Source of the DNA: Amphiscolops sp. MND2022
Taxonomy: Eukaryota
NCBI GenBank assembly: GCA_964187785.1
Contig: OZ076410.1
Span: 91,326,001-91,390,000 of the forward strand
Reading direction: 5' to 3'
DNA length: 64,000 nucleotides
The position numbers and the translations under genes were made by a program. Positions within the stretch are counted from its first letter, which is position 1, and the number at the start of each line of letters is the position of its first letter. This document shows positions 10,227 to 21,745 of the stretch, piece by piece. The notes under the pieces are model-generated. The model was given only the letters and a program-made list of their open reading frames with translations. It did no database searches and had not been told where the DNA came from.

Positions 10227-13200
10227 TTACAAGGGAACTTGCATCGGCTGTGGTTGTTTTTGTATATGAAGGTGCATTAGCTGCTTCGTTTGTGAGAAGT
10301 ATTGAAGAGCTTTTGGGGTCAGAAGAAGATACGTAAATTGTTCCACAGCCCAGGAGGAAACAATCAAGTGCACTAAGAGAGGCAAATGTAGTAGGGGTAG
10401 ATAACTTGAAGTCTTTGACGTCATAGCTTCCGCTGCGAGTAACAATAATTGCACATTGGGTAGTAGATGGGCTTTATCACTCTGTGGGGGCTTTATAGCT
10501 CGTTTAGAACTTGTCGTCAATGCAGTATTGTTTAGAGAAACGCAGCAGTCGTGCAACAGTTTGCGGGAAGATGCTGCTGACTCGAACAACGCTTCAGTCT
10601 GGGTTTTGGTTTTTTGCAACAAGATATGGGCGGGGCAATTCAGGAGTTTGGTAGCGTCAGTGAAAACCTTCACTGAACAATTTCTATTGTCTGAAATGTT
10701 CCGAGACGTCGCCAGAGGATCCATACATTGGTAGTAGTCTTCGAAAGGTTGGGGTATCATTCTATCTACGACGGATTCTTGACAATTCGAATTTCTATTA
10801 AGGATTAAGCAAGGCGACACAGCGGTGATAGCATTCGAAGACATGAACTGAAAAGACTCTATAATGATGGTGATGTCTGAGCGTTTTCGAGGCGATTGTC
10901 GTCGCTCTGGAGCTTGACTGGACGATGATCCCTTTCCATTTTTTCCAGGCTTTGACTTGGGGGACTTGCTTCTCCCACTCGGTCTTTTACCGCCACTATT
11001 TCCGCCCTTACTGTTTCCTCCCTTGCTGTTTCCAAATCCACCTGAGGACGGGGGTCCGCCCTTACTATCATCATCCGGTGGTTTTCGCTTCCCAGTTTTT
11101 CCTTCACCACTTTCTTCAGTTTCTGTTTTTTCTTCCTCTGCCTCCTTTTTAGCTTTTGCGCTTCGTTCCAGTGCCATCTTCATCTGCTGGTACTGAGAAT
11201 TCCAGATGCTTTTGTTTTTGATCAACGTTGCCTTCAACAGAGCTCGTTTTTTGGCCTTGGACACACCGGCAGGTGGCAATGGCTTCATGAGTTTTTCTTC
11301 AGTTTCGGAAGTGTGAGGTTTACTGGTACTCGGAGATTTCTTGGAAACCTCAATTACGTTTTGGTCATTATGAGTAACTACGATGGTTCCACTGGTGCAT
11401 TGGGTAGGAGTGGCTGGCGACCTACCATGTCTCAGAATCCGTTTCACGCTAGTGGTTAGAGATTCAGTTTCACTGTCAGTTTTAGCAGAAGGCGAAGACA
11501 AAATGTCATCTGAATCACTAATGGATTGACCTTTTCTTCGCCTCGGGTTCATATCAATCTTGACCTGAATCGGATGCGATTTTTCAGAAGCGACTGAATC
11601 ATCAGCGGTATTCGAATCATTCAGCGAGTCTTTCACCTGATTTAGTTTCGGAGGACTTTCATCATCTTTTTGGTGTCTGTTGGATCTTCTCAGAGGCGTT
11701 TTCGAATCATTAACTGAAATCATGTCTTCCGGTGCGGAGCTAGCCGATGCTGAAGATTTCAGAATACTGCCCAGATCTGGCTTTTCAGGCGGAGGAAGTC
11801 TTACTTGTTTAGTCGCCTTTTTGAGGAGCAACTTGGACCTCACACTCGAAATAGCTGACATGGTTTTCTTTTTGTGGTCGGCAACTTTTGCAACGGTTTC
11901 CAGATTTTCGGGTTTCTTGGAAACGAGTAGCTTCCGAGCTGGTAATCCAATATCAAACAAACCCATCTTAGAGAAGGCGGAACGGTTTTTCACAGGGTTA
12001 ACAGTCGCTTTTGGCGGTTCAATCACCGGAGAGTTGGTCGACAATCTCTTAATGGGCTTAACAGGACTGGCTTTCTTTTTGTTACTTTTCACAGGACTTA
12101 GAGAGCTGGACTGCTCCTTGATTGGTTTGCATTTCGGACAAACATACTCGACGCCTGATTTTGACAACATTTTCCCTTGAGCAGCTGATACTTTGACACA
12201 AGAGCCATGGAACCACTCGTTGCATTGGTCACAACATATCATGAATCTTCCTCCATGCGGCTTTCGACAGATACACCAAACGTCTTCTCGTTTCTTTTTC
12301 GACATCTGAAGCCGTTTCCTCACAGCAGCCACGGCTCTATTTTGCTTCGCTGTCAGTTTTTTGTTTGACACTTTGAAAATACTCCTCGACTTCGGAAAAG
12401 ATTTTTTGTTCAGTGATGCAGATTTGGGCGATGGTTTCACAGGTGTTGTTCCTTTTTTGGTAACTTTCGATTTTTTAATACCCGTGATGGTCTTTCCTTT
12501 ATCCTGCTTGATGGGAGAATCCTTTACAGGGCCACTTTTGAACAAAGTTTTAACTTTAGTTTTACCACGAGCAGCGGGAGCCTTTTTACTTCTCTCGACA
12601 CTTGACTTTGATCGGTTCACGTTGATTGTAACTGCTTCTGGGTTATACCCAATTTCAGCTAAATCTTTCGAAGATCCACCCTTCTTTAGATACTGTGGTA
12701 CAGCTTTTCGGTCAGATCCAAGCATGGTTTTGAAATTTCCGAGAGAAGCCGCGTCGATGCCCATTTCGTCTGATTTCTGCTCTTCGAAGAACAGAAGGGC
12801 CTCATCAGTGTGCATTTGTTCGGGTTCAACAGCAGTGAGATAATCATTCTCCTCTGAAGATGCGCGACCATTTTCCACGGAGGTGAATCCAGTTCTGATA
12901 GCAGGAGGCGGTGATCTCGGGGAATCGGCACTACTAGATGACTGGAAACCATCTTCTCTGTTTCCGATTACAGTTTCTTCGAAAGGAGCAAAGGTGGGAA
13001 ATATCCGATTGAATTCTTCAGGTCTGGACATCAAATCATTGGGAAACACATTCAGGCCTCCCTTGAAACGTTTTCGCCGTCCATTACTCACAGAACCATC
13101 AGTGTTGCTCTGATCTCCTGAATCGGTATCGGACAAGTTGGGTTTGTGTCTCAAGGAACTTCGTTGTGTTTTCGGGGGCAATGGCTCCGGCATTTGCACA

Positions 13201-13430
13201 ACTGATTCTGCAGCATAGGGAACGCGCGAATATTTCTTCCCAGGGAAAAGTGAATAGCCATGTTCTGTGAATATTCGACTCTGCTCGAACAACTGAAAAT
13301 CGTGTTCTGCAGCAGCGCTTTGAGCTGCATATAATTCTGCCTCAGGCAGTTCTGGAGCCATGTCATTGATATCATGAGTACCACCCACCTGGTCTCCAAA
13401 ATCAGTGTCTTGTTCGTTCATTATAATCAT
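10227..13430 (-). CDS. Host chromatin protein with DIDO1/PHF3-type PHD finger in a long low-complexity S/K/P-rich protein
   Basis: 1067-aa uninterrupted ORF. The PHD at 12129-12281 reads VWCICRKPHGGRFMICCDQCNEWFHGSCV...YVCPKC (C4HC3). An in-frame TAA lies directly before the ATG and a splice acceptor (TATATTTCAG) ends at 13439, implying a 5'UTR intron. The real 3' exon structure is uncertain. Confidence 0.8.
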   Translation of the reverse strand: MIIMNEQDTDFGDQVGGTHDINDMAPELPEAELYAAQSAAAEHDFQLFEQSRIFTEHGYSLFPGKKYSRVPYAAESVVQMPEPLPPKTQRSSLRHKPNLSDTDSGDQSNTDGSVSNGRRKRFKGGLNVFPNDLMSRPEEFNRIFPTFAPFEETVIGNREDGFQSSSSADSPRSPPPAIRTGFTSVENGRASSEENDYLTAVEPEQMHTDEALLFFEEQKSDEMGIDAASLGNFKTMLGSDRKAVPQYLKKGGSSKDLAEIGYNPEAVTINVNRSKSSVERSKKAPAARGKTKVKTLFKSGPVKDSPIKQDKGKTITGIKKSKVTKKGTTPVKPSPKSASLNKKSFPKSRSIFKVSNKKLTAKQNRAVAAVRKRLQMSKKKREDVWCICRKPHGGRFMICCDQCNEWFHGSCVKVSAAQGKMLSKSGVEYVCPKCKPIKEQSSSLSPVKSNKKKASPVKPIKRLSTNSPVIEPPKATVNPVKNRSAFSKMGLFDIGLPARKLLVSKKPENLETVAKVADHKKKTMSAISSVRSKLLLKKATKQVRLPPPEKPDLGSILKSSASASSAPEDMISVNDSKTPLRRSNRHQKDDESPPKLNQVKDSLNDSNTADDSVASEKSHPIQVKIDMNPRRRKGQSISDSDDILSSPSAKTDSETESLTTSVKRILRHGRSPATPTQCTSGTIVVTHNDQNVIEVSKKSPSTSKPHTSETEEKLMKPLPPAGVSKAKKRALLKATLIKNKSIWNSQYQQMKMALERSAKAKKEAEEEKTETEESGEGKTGKRKPPDDDSKGGPPSSGGFGNSKGGNSKGGNSGGKRPSGRSKSPKSKPGKNGKGSSSSQAPERRQSPRKRSDITIIIESFQFMSSNAITAVSPCLILNRNSNCQESVVDRMIPQPFEDYYQCMDPLATSRNISDNRNCSVKVFTDATKLLNCPAHILLQKTKTQTEALFESAASSRKLLHDCCVSLNNTALTTSSKRAIKPPQSDKAHLLPNVQLLLLAAEAMTSKTSSYLPLLHLPLLVHLIVSSWAVEQFTYLLLTPKALQYFSQTKQLMHLHIQKQPQPMQVPL

Positions 13431-13723
13431 TTATAATACTGAAATATACATTTTTGAAAAACAAATAACTTGAATTCATTATCGTTATAAAAATTATAAC
13501 AACCCAAGCTCGACATGATTGCGAGAAAATAGCCATTACAGGAAAGAATTTTTTAAGAAAGAATTTTAAATTTTCCCTGATGCTATGTTTAAAAAATTGA
13601 ACAATAGTACCAGTACAGAAGTTAAGTACAATGCAGTCAGTTCAATTAAAAATATAGCACAAGAGGGGACCCTCCAAAGGTTATTATTCCTAAACGGGGG
13701 AGGACCCTCCAAACACAAGGGCA

Positions 13724-16700
13724 TCAACAAAAAACTATGTCTGCCAGACGTTCGCTACTTATTTTGTTTTTAATTTTTAATATCAATCTTTTAGTCTCAT
13801 TTTCACCGATAGATTCATAATTGCGAGGTAATAGCTTCGTTTTTAGTAGATGATTCAGTAAGACAGTTCCAGGATATTTTAGTGATTGTCGGCTAACTTG
13901 CGTTCGTGCTTCAGGTACATAAAACATATTGGAAGAAACACTCCGAGTAAAAACAAGTGAAATTTTGTGGATAAATACGCTCTTGATATTATCCAGTTGA
14001 CTTTCTCTACTAGATCGCACGGCGAATTTTAATAGTTCAAATACGTATAGATCAAAAACATTCATAATTTCGCTTCTTTTGAACAATTCATCCGATGGAT
14101 ATCGTCTGTGGGTGGCTGTAAATAGGTCGAATTTTTCTGGTCGAAAAGACAGAGGTCGAACCTTTTGATCGAATTGCAGGGATCGAATGGAATGCGGTCG
14201 AATTTTATCGTATTTGTTGTATGGCTCGGTCGCTTCGCTCCCTTCGCCAAGTAGCAACATTGAGGCATGGCCATATGGCACGTCGCTCCGCTTCGCTTCG
14301 CTCCTGCATTCAAGGCACTAGGGGTATGTGAACATATCTGACTACGTTATAAAAAATTCGATCCGAGTTGTTTCGATCCCATTCAAAAATTTGGTATGTC
14401 GACCTGAGGACTAACTCTGATTTTCGATCCCGTTCCTTCGACCTATTTCCGCCCACTCATCGTCTGTTTTTAAAATATGTAATACGGAGGATTTTTTTCT
14501 GAACAAGAAATATATCATTCAGTACACTCTTCCTCGTGCACCCATATATCAAGAGTCCGTATTGAATAATTGGTTTCATGTATGTTTTATAATATCGTAT
14601 CACTACCGAACTACTGGTGAAATGCCTTAGACGGTTAATAATGGATCCATGTTTAGCTAATTTATTCAGTACTCGTTTGACGTGGAAACCATAAGTTAAA
14701 TTTTTATCAAGTAAGATACCCAGATATTTAACGTATTCAGTACATGTTATTTCAGTATTTTTCAATACTATGCTTTCATCTTTGCAGTTTAAAAAATGGA
14801 CCAATTCAGTTTTAGGAATATTTTGACTAAGTTTATTCATAGCCATCCATCCAGGAATGTGTTCAACTTCATCTTGTAATGTAGATGTCTCATTTTTGGG
14901 TCTCGCGTAAACGCAAATAGCATCATCCGCAAAGAGAAACGGAATAAAGTTTTTACACGAGTTCGGAAAATCATATACATAAATTATAAAGAGCAGTGGG
15001 CCAAGAATAGATCCTTGAGGAACGCCGCAGTCAATAAGTAATGGTTTTGAGACTTTACCGTTAGTTGAAACACATTGACTTCGTTTACTTAGATATGATG
15101 TGAACCAATCCAAGCAAACCCCTCTGACACCGTATGCTTCGAGTTTATACAAGAGTAATTCATGGTTTATTGTATCGAAGGCTTTTTGTAAATCAAGCAA
15201 AATACAAGAAATATCGAGGTTAGAATTATCCCTAATCATTTCTGTAATATCGGAAAGAGCGTGGATGGGGCTCAGTTTTGACCTGAATCCAAAGTGTCTT
15301 GGGTATAATAGCTTATTTTTATCCATGAAATTATATAATCGTTCATGCACAACACGTTCAAATATTTTGCTCAATACTGATAAAACAGATATGGGTCTGT
15401 AATTTTCACGTATAGATTTTTTGCCGGATTTGTATATCGGTACCACTCTCGCAGCTTTCAAAACCTGAGGAAATGTTCCAATTTTTAGCGATTCATTCAC
15501 GAGATGAGTTAATTTTTCAACTATTACATCGTGACTCACTTTTAGTATTTCTGCAGTCAGTCCATCTAGACCAGGTGATTTATGGTTCTTAAGATTTTTT
15601 ATAATCCTCGAAATCTCAGTGCCATCAGCTGGATAAAAAAATAGTGATTTTTCATTAGTTTTTATACCATGAGTCGTGAATGGGACATTATCTATTGAAG
15701 CAGCTAAAGTTTTACTGATGGAAACAAATTTTTCATTGAACGATTCGGCCACATCAATATCATCCGTAATCAATTCATTTTTATCATTCTTGATAACAAA
15801 GTTGGAATTTTTTGTTGCTTTACCAGTGATTTTGTTTAGTTCTTTGTAGAAACATTTAGGATTATTGATAAGCCCATTCAGACGTGAACCGTAGTATTCG
15901 CGCTTGCTTTTACGAAGCTGCTGGTGCACATTATTTCTAGCTCTTGTGTAGCGTAGCTTGTTCTGATAGGTTTTACAGCGCTTGTATCTGTGGAAACTAC
16001 AATTTCTTCGAATTAAGGCCTTTTTTACTTCCTTTGTGAACCAAGGTCTTACGGCATCTTGGTGTTCTGATTGTTTTTCAACTGTGAAAGCATTAATTGC
16101 TTCCGATATTGCATTGGCAAACGATTCAGTAGATGTATTGATGTCCTGTCCTAAGTCTACAAGTTCCAGGCAATGTTTTAAGTAATTTAGATAGAAGTTT
16201 GTTGCATTACCGTCCCGGAGAAACGGTCTATCCTTAATAAAATGTTGAGAACGAATGGATTTAGATTTACTTATATTCAAATCAACGTAGGTTGCAAAAT
16301 GGTCTGTAATATACGTCTTGATAACTCCAAATTCCAGAGGTCTTTGGTAGTCATTATGGATTATATGATCGATTAACGATTCTGAGTCAAGCGTTACACG
16401 GGTTGGTTCTTCAATTCCTTGGGCGCAACCATGAATTTCCAACAATTTCAGATACCTATCTGCAACAGGGTTGCATTCCAAGAGGTCAATATTAATATCG
16501 CCTATTAGATAGTAGTTCTTAATTTGACTAAGAGACTCAAGAAGTAACTCAAACTGATCCAAGAAATCATGTTTATTTACGGAAGGCGAATTGTATAAGC
16601 ATACAACGGTAAATTTTTCCTTATTCCTAGCGGTACAATTGACTCCAGTATAGTTTAGATCAGGAATAGAATCTTTCTGTATGTTAAGCTCCAAAAGTTC

Positions 16701-17026
16701 AAATGCCAGCGATTCATGGACATATATTGCAACACCTTCATTTCTTGTTGAACCAGGATCAAATTCCATAGGTGCATAGGATTCTAGTGCGTAGGCATTT
16801 TTGTCTGAGGATTCAGTCATCCATGTTTCGGAAAAGCAAATAATACACGGTTTGTTTTCACGAAGGTATCTAAATGCGTTTCTAGTTCTTCAAAATTGTA
16901 GTCGATAGACCTTATGTTCAAATGAAAAATCCATTCGTTCTCAACACTTTGTTCTTTTAAATTGTTTTTATGTTTAGGCTTTGATTTTTTACGTTTCAAT
17001 TTGTAAGCTAGAGGGCCCCCTAACAA
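13724..17026 (-). pseudogene. CR1 ORF2 (APE + RT), frameshifted near 16820 and split by a MITE
   Basis: Motifs HLNIRS; GVAIYV; LIGDINID; LIDHI; TDH; SPGLDG; YRPISVL; DLQKAFD; GVPQGSILGPLLF; FADD; KYLGILLD. Confidence 0.9.
14110..14458. mobile_element. MITE family A copy 1 (GGGTGG termini, GGTCGAA/TTCGACC arms)
   Basis: Perfect 9-bp TSD ATCGTCTGT (14101-14109 / 14459-14467). Near-identical to 17907-18236 and 22094-22443. Confidence 0.9.
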
Positions 17027-17772
17027 AAATGTAGACTACTTTTGCATACAGAGTAGACAAAATCAGGATCCCATTCATATAATTTGAAGAGGCTATCAAA
17101 GACAGTTTTTGTATCATTTTGTTGATACACCACAATTTTTTCGTTAATCATGTTAACAGAAGTTACATCTTGTCTTTGCCTCAATGCCTTAGCCAACCTT
17201 GCTCGTAGTAGCGTGAGATCATCGTTGATATAAATTTTATTTTCACTATCCTTGAGCCTGTTTTTGTTGGTCATCAGCCCGATTTTGGTCTGTCTCCTTA
17301 CAAATTTTGCAAAGATAGGGCGCCCTTGGCCAGGCTTCACATTTCTGCTGGGAACCCTATGGCAGATGCTGATGTCCGCTCTGGATACCTGACATCCCGC
17401 CTTTTCTGCCACATCGATCACAGCCTGATACACGTCCTCATTTGGTGCCTCCTCCACCCCAAATATGCGGACATTGTCCCGCCTTCCATTTTGCTGGTTT
17501 GAATCGGCATTGAAAAGACTGGACAGCTCTCCGCTGATTTGAGGCTTTTCAGTAATTTTGGCAAGTTTGGACTGCAAGTCGGCCACCTCAGCTGCTGCAC
17601 AGAAGCCACATAGGAAGGGGCGGTCCATGAAACCCTTGTGGATCTTTTTCGGGAGCCATGTGGGGACCCAGGATTGGCATCCCTTTCCCTTGTCGGGACC
17701 CTTGCCAGTACATTCGATTTGGTGGGTGGACCCCTCTTCGTCTGATTGAGAGCCAGTTCTAGTAGTCGGCAT
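17020..17772 (-). CDS. CR1 ORF1p (degenerate PHD-like N-terminus, coiled coil, L1-type RRM/transposase-22-like domain)
   Basis: Motifs C...CQSW...FLCGFC; RRDNVRIFGVEE; ISICHRV; RPIFAKFVRR; IYINDDLT. Confidence 0.8.
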   Translation of the reverse strand: MPTTRTGSQSDEEGSTHQIECTGKGPDKGKGCQSWVPTWLPKKIHKGFMDRPFLCGFCAAAEVADLQSKLAKITEKPQISGELSSLFNADSNQQNGRRDNVRIFGVEEAPNEDVYQAVIDVAEKAGCQVSRADISICHRVPSRNVKPGQGRPIFAKFVRRQTKIGLMTNKNRLKDSENKIYINDDLTLLRARLAKALRQRQDVTSVNMINEKIVVYQQNDTKTVFDSLFKLYEWDPDFVYSVCKSSLHFC

Positions 17773-17836
17773 CGCGTCTGAAACTATTTAATAAGTTTAT
17801 CACAACAATTAGGCTGCATCTCAAGAGAGATCTAGC

Positions 17837-17872
17837 TAGCAGTCAAGCGCCTTAACCATTAGACCAAATGGC
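17837..17872 (-). ncRNA. tRNA-Ser(GCT)-like 5' half fragment (A box, D arm, anticodon arm); probably a SINE head or tRNA pseudogene, not a functional tRNA
   Basis: GCCATTTGGTCTAATGGTTAAGGCGCTTGACTGCTA resembles tRNA-Ser GCT (TGGCCGAGTGGTTAAGGCGATGGACTGCTA). There is no T arm or B box. Confidence 0.45.
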
Positions 17873-17906
17873 TTACTTAATCTCACCAATCATTAGACAC
17901 ATTGGT

Positions 17907-18236
17907 GGGTGGCTGTAAATAGGTCGAATTTTTCTGGTCGAAAGGACAGAGGTCGAACCTTTTGATCGAATTGCAGGGATCGAATGGAATGCGGTCGAAT
18001 TTTATCGTATTTGTTGTATGGCTCGGTCGCTTCGCTCCCTTCGCCAAGTAGCAACATTGAGGCATGGCTCCGCTTCGCTCCTGCATTCAGGACACTAGGG
18101 GTATGTGAACATATCTGACTACGTTATAAAAATTTCGATCCGAGTTGTTTCGATCCCATTCAAAGATTTTGGTATGTCGACCTGAGGACTAACTCTGATT
18201 TTCGATCCCGTTCCTTCGACCTACTTCCGCCCACCC
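17907..18236. mobile_element. MITE family A copy 2
   Basis: Perfect 9-bp TSD CACATTGGT (17898-17906 / 18237-18245). Confidence 0.9.
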
Positions 18237-18244
18237 CACATTGG

Positions 18245-21200
18245 TGATTCACACTTCCACATGTTCCAGGCATATTCGGCAAAAGCAAAGGAATTCCCAA
18301 TTACTAATTCGCAGATTTTATTGACAACATAAGGGTCTCCAATAGTTAACGGACAACAGGTGTTTAACTGTGGTTGCGTGTTAGGGAGATGATGCAAGAG
18401 GCCTTTGTTTTGGGTGTTCTTCCATCTCTTTATCCAACTTTGTTCTATGAATTCATCTATTTCGTGCTTGTTGTATTGGGTCAACGGAAATGGGTCGAAA
18501 GAAATGGGTCGAATCGGCCTCCTGTGCCATGGGTCGAATCTTCACCGTTTCGGAATTGGGTCGAATGGACTTGGGTCGACCTTGAAAAATGCCAAGTTCA
18601 AGGGAGACAACATATTGATTTCGAGCCAAGTCCATTCGACCCAATTCGACCTCAGTCAATTCGACCTAAGTTATTCGACCAAAAGGGTCGACCTAATTCT
18701 TTTCGACCTATTTCATTCGACCCATTTCATGCAATCCGTTGTATTCTGTCCGAGTATCGTCATCAAGGAACTTTTTGAATTTACTTAACTTACTTTCTAA
18801 TGCTGCAGCTTTACTTCGGTTGGAGATGAAAAGAGAGTGGGTAATACTCACCAAGTCATTGGCTCTTTTGACTTTGATGACAAATTTGATTTTTATGGCA
18901 TCATTGTAAAGTCCAGAGGAGGTAGTCCTAGCAGCGTTTCGCAGATGCTAATGGTAGGAGTAAAACTATGTCGAAAGATTGATTTGATGATATGATTCTG
19001 GACTCTCATGACTGAGCTTCTATTTCTCTCAAACCAAATTACTGATGCATATAAGAGCTGTGGTACAAGGATAGTAGTGTAGAGGAAAATTAACGTTGGA
19101 ATTGACAGGCTTCATTTGCATCTCAAAATTCTAGAAGCGTTATCCCAGCTGCGTTTAGCTTTGTTACAGATTTTTTCGGCGTGGTCTTTGTAACACAGGT
19201 TATCATCAATCAGGAGACCGAAAGATTTTGTAGCTTTTGTGATAGCGCACGCTTCATTGTTCAGGCTCGGCGCAGTTATGTTGTTTCTTTCCACATTGAA
19301 AACTCTCAATTCTGTCTTGTCTTGGAGCATTCACTCCCGTTCTCCATTTGCGGCACCACTGTTCTATCCCCCTGCAAGACTGTTCGAGTTTTTGGGAGAT
19401 ATCATTTCCATTGCAGCCTTGAATTAAAATAGCACTGTCGTCAGCGAACTTGTAGTGACGCGGTTCCTAACTAAGAAACTCGTTCAAGAAAATTACAAAC
19501 AAAAGTGGTGACAAGACACTGCCTTGAGGGACACCAATGTCTATTTTGAACACAGATGAACGGAAGTCAGATAACTCAATGAATGTTTCTCGGTTCTTCA
19601 AGAAGGTTCGTAAAATGCTGAACATATACCGTTTATTTTGTAATGTCTGAGTTTTCAAAGTAGGCCATCTATCCACACGCTGTCAAAGGCCTTTTCGAGG
19701 TCAATGTTGAGTAGAGCGGTCGGTGTTTTCATTAATTTAGATTTTTCCAGATTAAGATGTAGCCTGTACAGAGATCTGACTGTGTTTCTTTTACTTCTGA
19801 AACCTCCTTGTTCGTCCGCCAGAATCTTCTCGGTTCCTGTGAAATAATTTAATCTATTGCACAGCATACGCTCAAAAAGCTTTCCAAAATGACTAGAGAT
19901 AGATAGCGGTCGATAGCTGGAACAGTTGTCATACCTGTCTTTGTTAGGCTTCCTGATGAACACAATTCGTGATAAAGACCAGGGCCATGCAGCTTGTTCC
20001 AAACATGTATTGAAAATCTCCAAGAGAAGAGTTTTCGCATTGACTCCCAAGTTTTTGATCATTTTGACGTGGAACCCGCCAGGGTCGGGGGAACTTGTAT
20101 CAGAAGATTGTTTCATTGCTTCGTTTAGTTCTTCCATTGTGAAAGGTTCATGAAAAACTTCCGAAACATGCTCGGAAGCATCATCAAACGAGTCCAGAAA
20201 AACCTGAGACTGTCCTTTACATTGACTCGTCGAAGTTGAGAGTTTCTAGATGTTTTCCTTCGAAGAAGGTCTCTTGGAAATTTTGAGGAATATCTTTTTT
20301 TGAGAGCAGCAGTTTCTCGTGTTTATTCTTGATGAGATCCACTTGAGAACTGCTTCCAGCGAACATTTTCTTGTACGATACCCAAAATTCTTTGCCTCGT
20401 TTGTGTCCCAGTGCCTTCAAGTAGTCTTTCAGCAGACGCCTTTTCACTGAGTAGTCGTTTGAATAATTCTGCTAGTTTTTCTAAATTTGCATGGTTGGAC
20501 TTGTATCGGAAGTTCCGACGCAGCTGCTTGAGCTCTTTACTGGCTTTAGTTAACTCGGTGCACCAAAATGGTTTACTATGTTGAGTAACTTCTTTGAAAG
20601 GAATGAAAAGTAGTGTGGCCTCTCTTAAAGAGTTCTTGAAAAACTCCCACATTTCCAGAGCATTATTTGAAGTTGTCCAGTCGAGCATTTCAGTTTCTAG
20701 ATGTGCGCGCCAGTCATCCCACAGTGCTTTCTCAATCCACGGCTTCTCCTTGAAATAACCACTTTTCGACTCGACAAGAGAAACTAGCACAGGCAGGTGG
20801 CCCCTGGAGGGTGCTCCAGTGAATAGTTCCGTATCTTCATCAGTTGTAAGCGAGCATTTGTATTGGTTAATGAAGTTTCCATAGCAAATGCAAAGATCTA
20901 TTACACTTTAGCCGTTGATTGAGAGGAAAGTGTGTTGGCCATCGTTCAAAATAGTATAAGTTGGTACGAGGCTGACTAACTCATTTCCAAGTGCATTGCA
21001 CTTCTGATCACCCCAGTATAAGTGTCTGGCATTGCAGTCGCCAAAGAAAAGGACACCTTCCATGTGATTTGTATCTGCGTAGACTTTACAGGCTTCAAAT
21101 CTTTTTATGAGTTCTAGTAGTTCACCTTTGTCATCGGGTTTTACACAAGCAGTCGTAGTTAGTAATTGCAGGCCGCGGACATTAGCTGCAGCCACAATAT

Positions 21201-21310
21201 TGTCAAAGTTTTTGGTCTCTAATTCCTCTATTTGAGCATACGCCACATCGTTACGAAACGCCGTTATAAAATCTATACTCCATCTACATGAAAAATGTTT
21301 CATGTAAATT
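18245..21310 (-). mobile_element. Degraded, 5'-truncated I-group-like LINE ORF2 (APE, RT, C-terminus), interrupted by MITE 18478-18737
   Basis: Motifs FFGDCNARHLYWG; YRPLSISS; EQGGFR; DLEKAFDSVW; GVPQGSVLSPLLF; YKFADD (about 19445); C-terminal W..RW...CESPM. Many stops and frameshifts. Confidence 0.85.
18478..18737. mobile_element. Foldback-like MITE with GGTCGAA left arm and TTCGACC right arm
   Basis: GG...CC termini, shared TIR core GAAATGGGTCGAA, and perfect 8-bp TSD GTTGTATT (18470-18477 / 18738-18745). Confidence 0.85.
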
Positions 21311-21329
21311 AATGCATTAAATTGAAAAT

Positions 21330-21745
21330 AACTGAAATATGCATAAATAAAGAATTTGAATTTACTCTGAGGCTTGTGTATATGAATGAACGTATACAAA
21401 AGAATATTCAAACAACAAAAGAAACACACAGCACCAGGGGACCCTCCAAAGGTATTCCTAAATGGGAGAGGACCCTCCAAACACAAGGGCATCAGCAAAA
21501 GACTATCTGCCGAACGTCCACAATCTATTTTTTCAATTTTCAAGATTATCTTTTTCGTCTCATTTTCACAAATTGATTCGTAATTGCGAGGCTACATCTT
21601 TGTTTTTAGTACATGATTCAAAAACAGAATTCCGCGATATTCCAGAGATTGTAGACTGAGTTGTTCGTATTTCAGGTACGTGGAACATCTTGGAACAAAA
21701 CTCCGAGTAGAAGCTTTATGCATATACAGGGTCTTCTGTTCTTAT
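21330..21745 (-). mobile_element. 5'-truncated CR1 3' end related to the element at 13590-17835
   Basis: Shares GGGGACCCTCCAAAGGT...GGACCCTCCAAACACAAGGGCATCA and the downstream coding tail with 13660-13930. Confidence 0.8.

Larger units (their letters stand above)
13590..17835 (-). mobile_element. Full-length CR1-type LINE (ORF1 + frameshifted ORF2), interrupted by a MITE at 14110-14458
   Basis: ORF1 at 17020-17772; ORF2 in pieces 17026-16817, 16820-14457 and 14281-13724; 3' UTR with GGACCCTCCAAA direct repeats. The ends are approximate. Confidence 0.92.

Noticed and set aside
10456-13113. Plus-strand ORFs such as 11680-12180, 12361-12843 and 10957-11196
   Set aside because: They are antisense shadows of the PHD-protein ORF with no independent motifs.
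17837-17872. Functional tRNA gene
   Set aside because: Only the 5' half is present, with no T arm, B box or acceptor stem partner.
18478-18737. GGTCGAA/TTCGACC repeat arrays as a CRISPR array
   Set aside because: The units are short, irregularly spaced and inverted between arms. They are bounded by TIRs and a TSD, there are no cas genes, and the context is eukaryotic.
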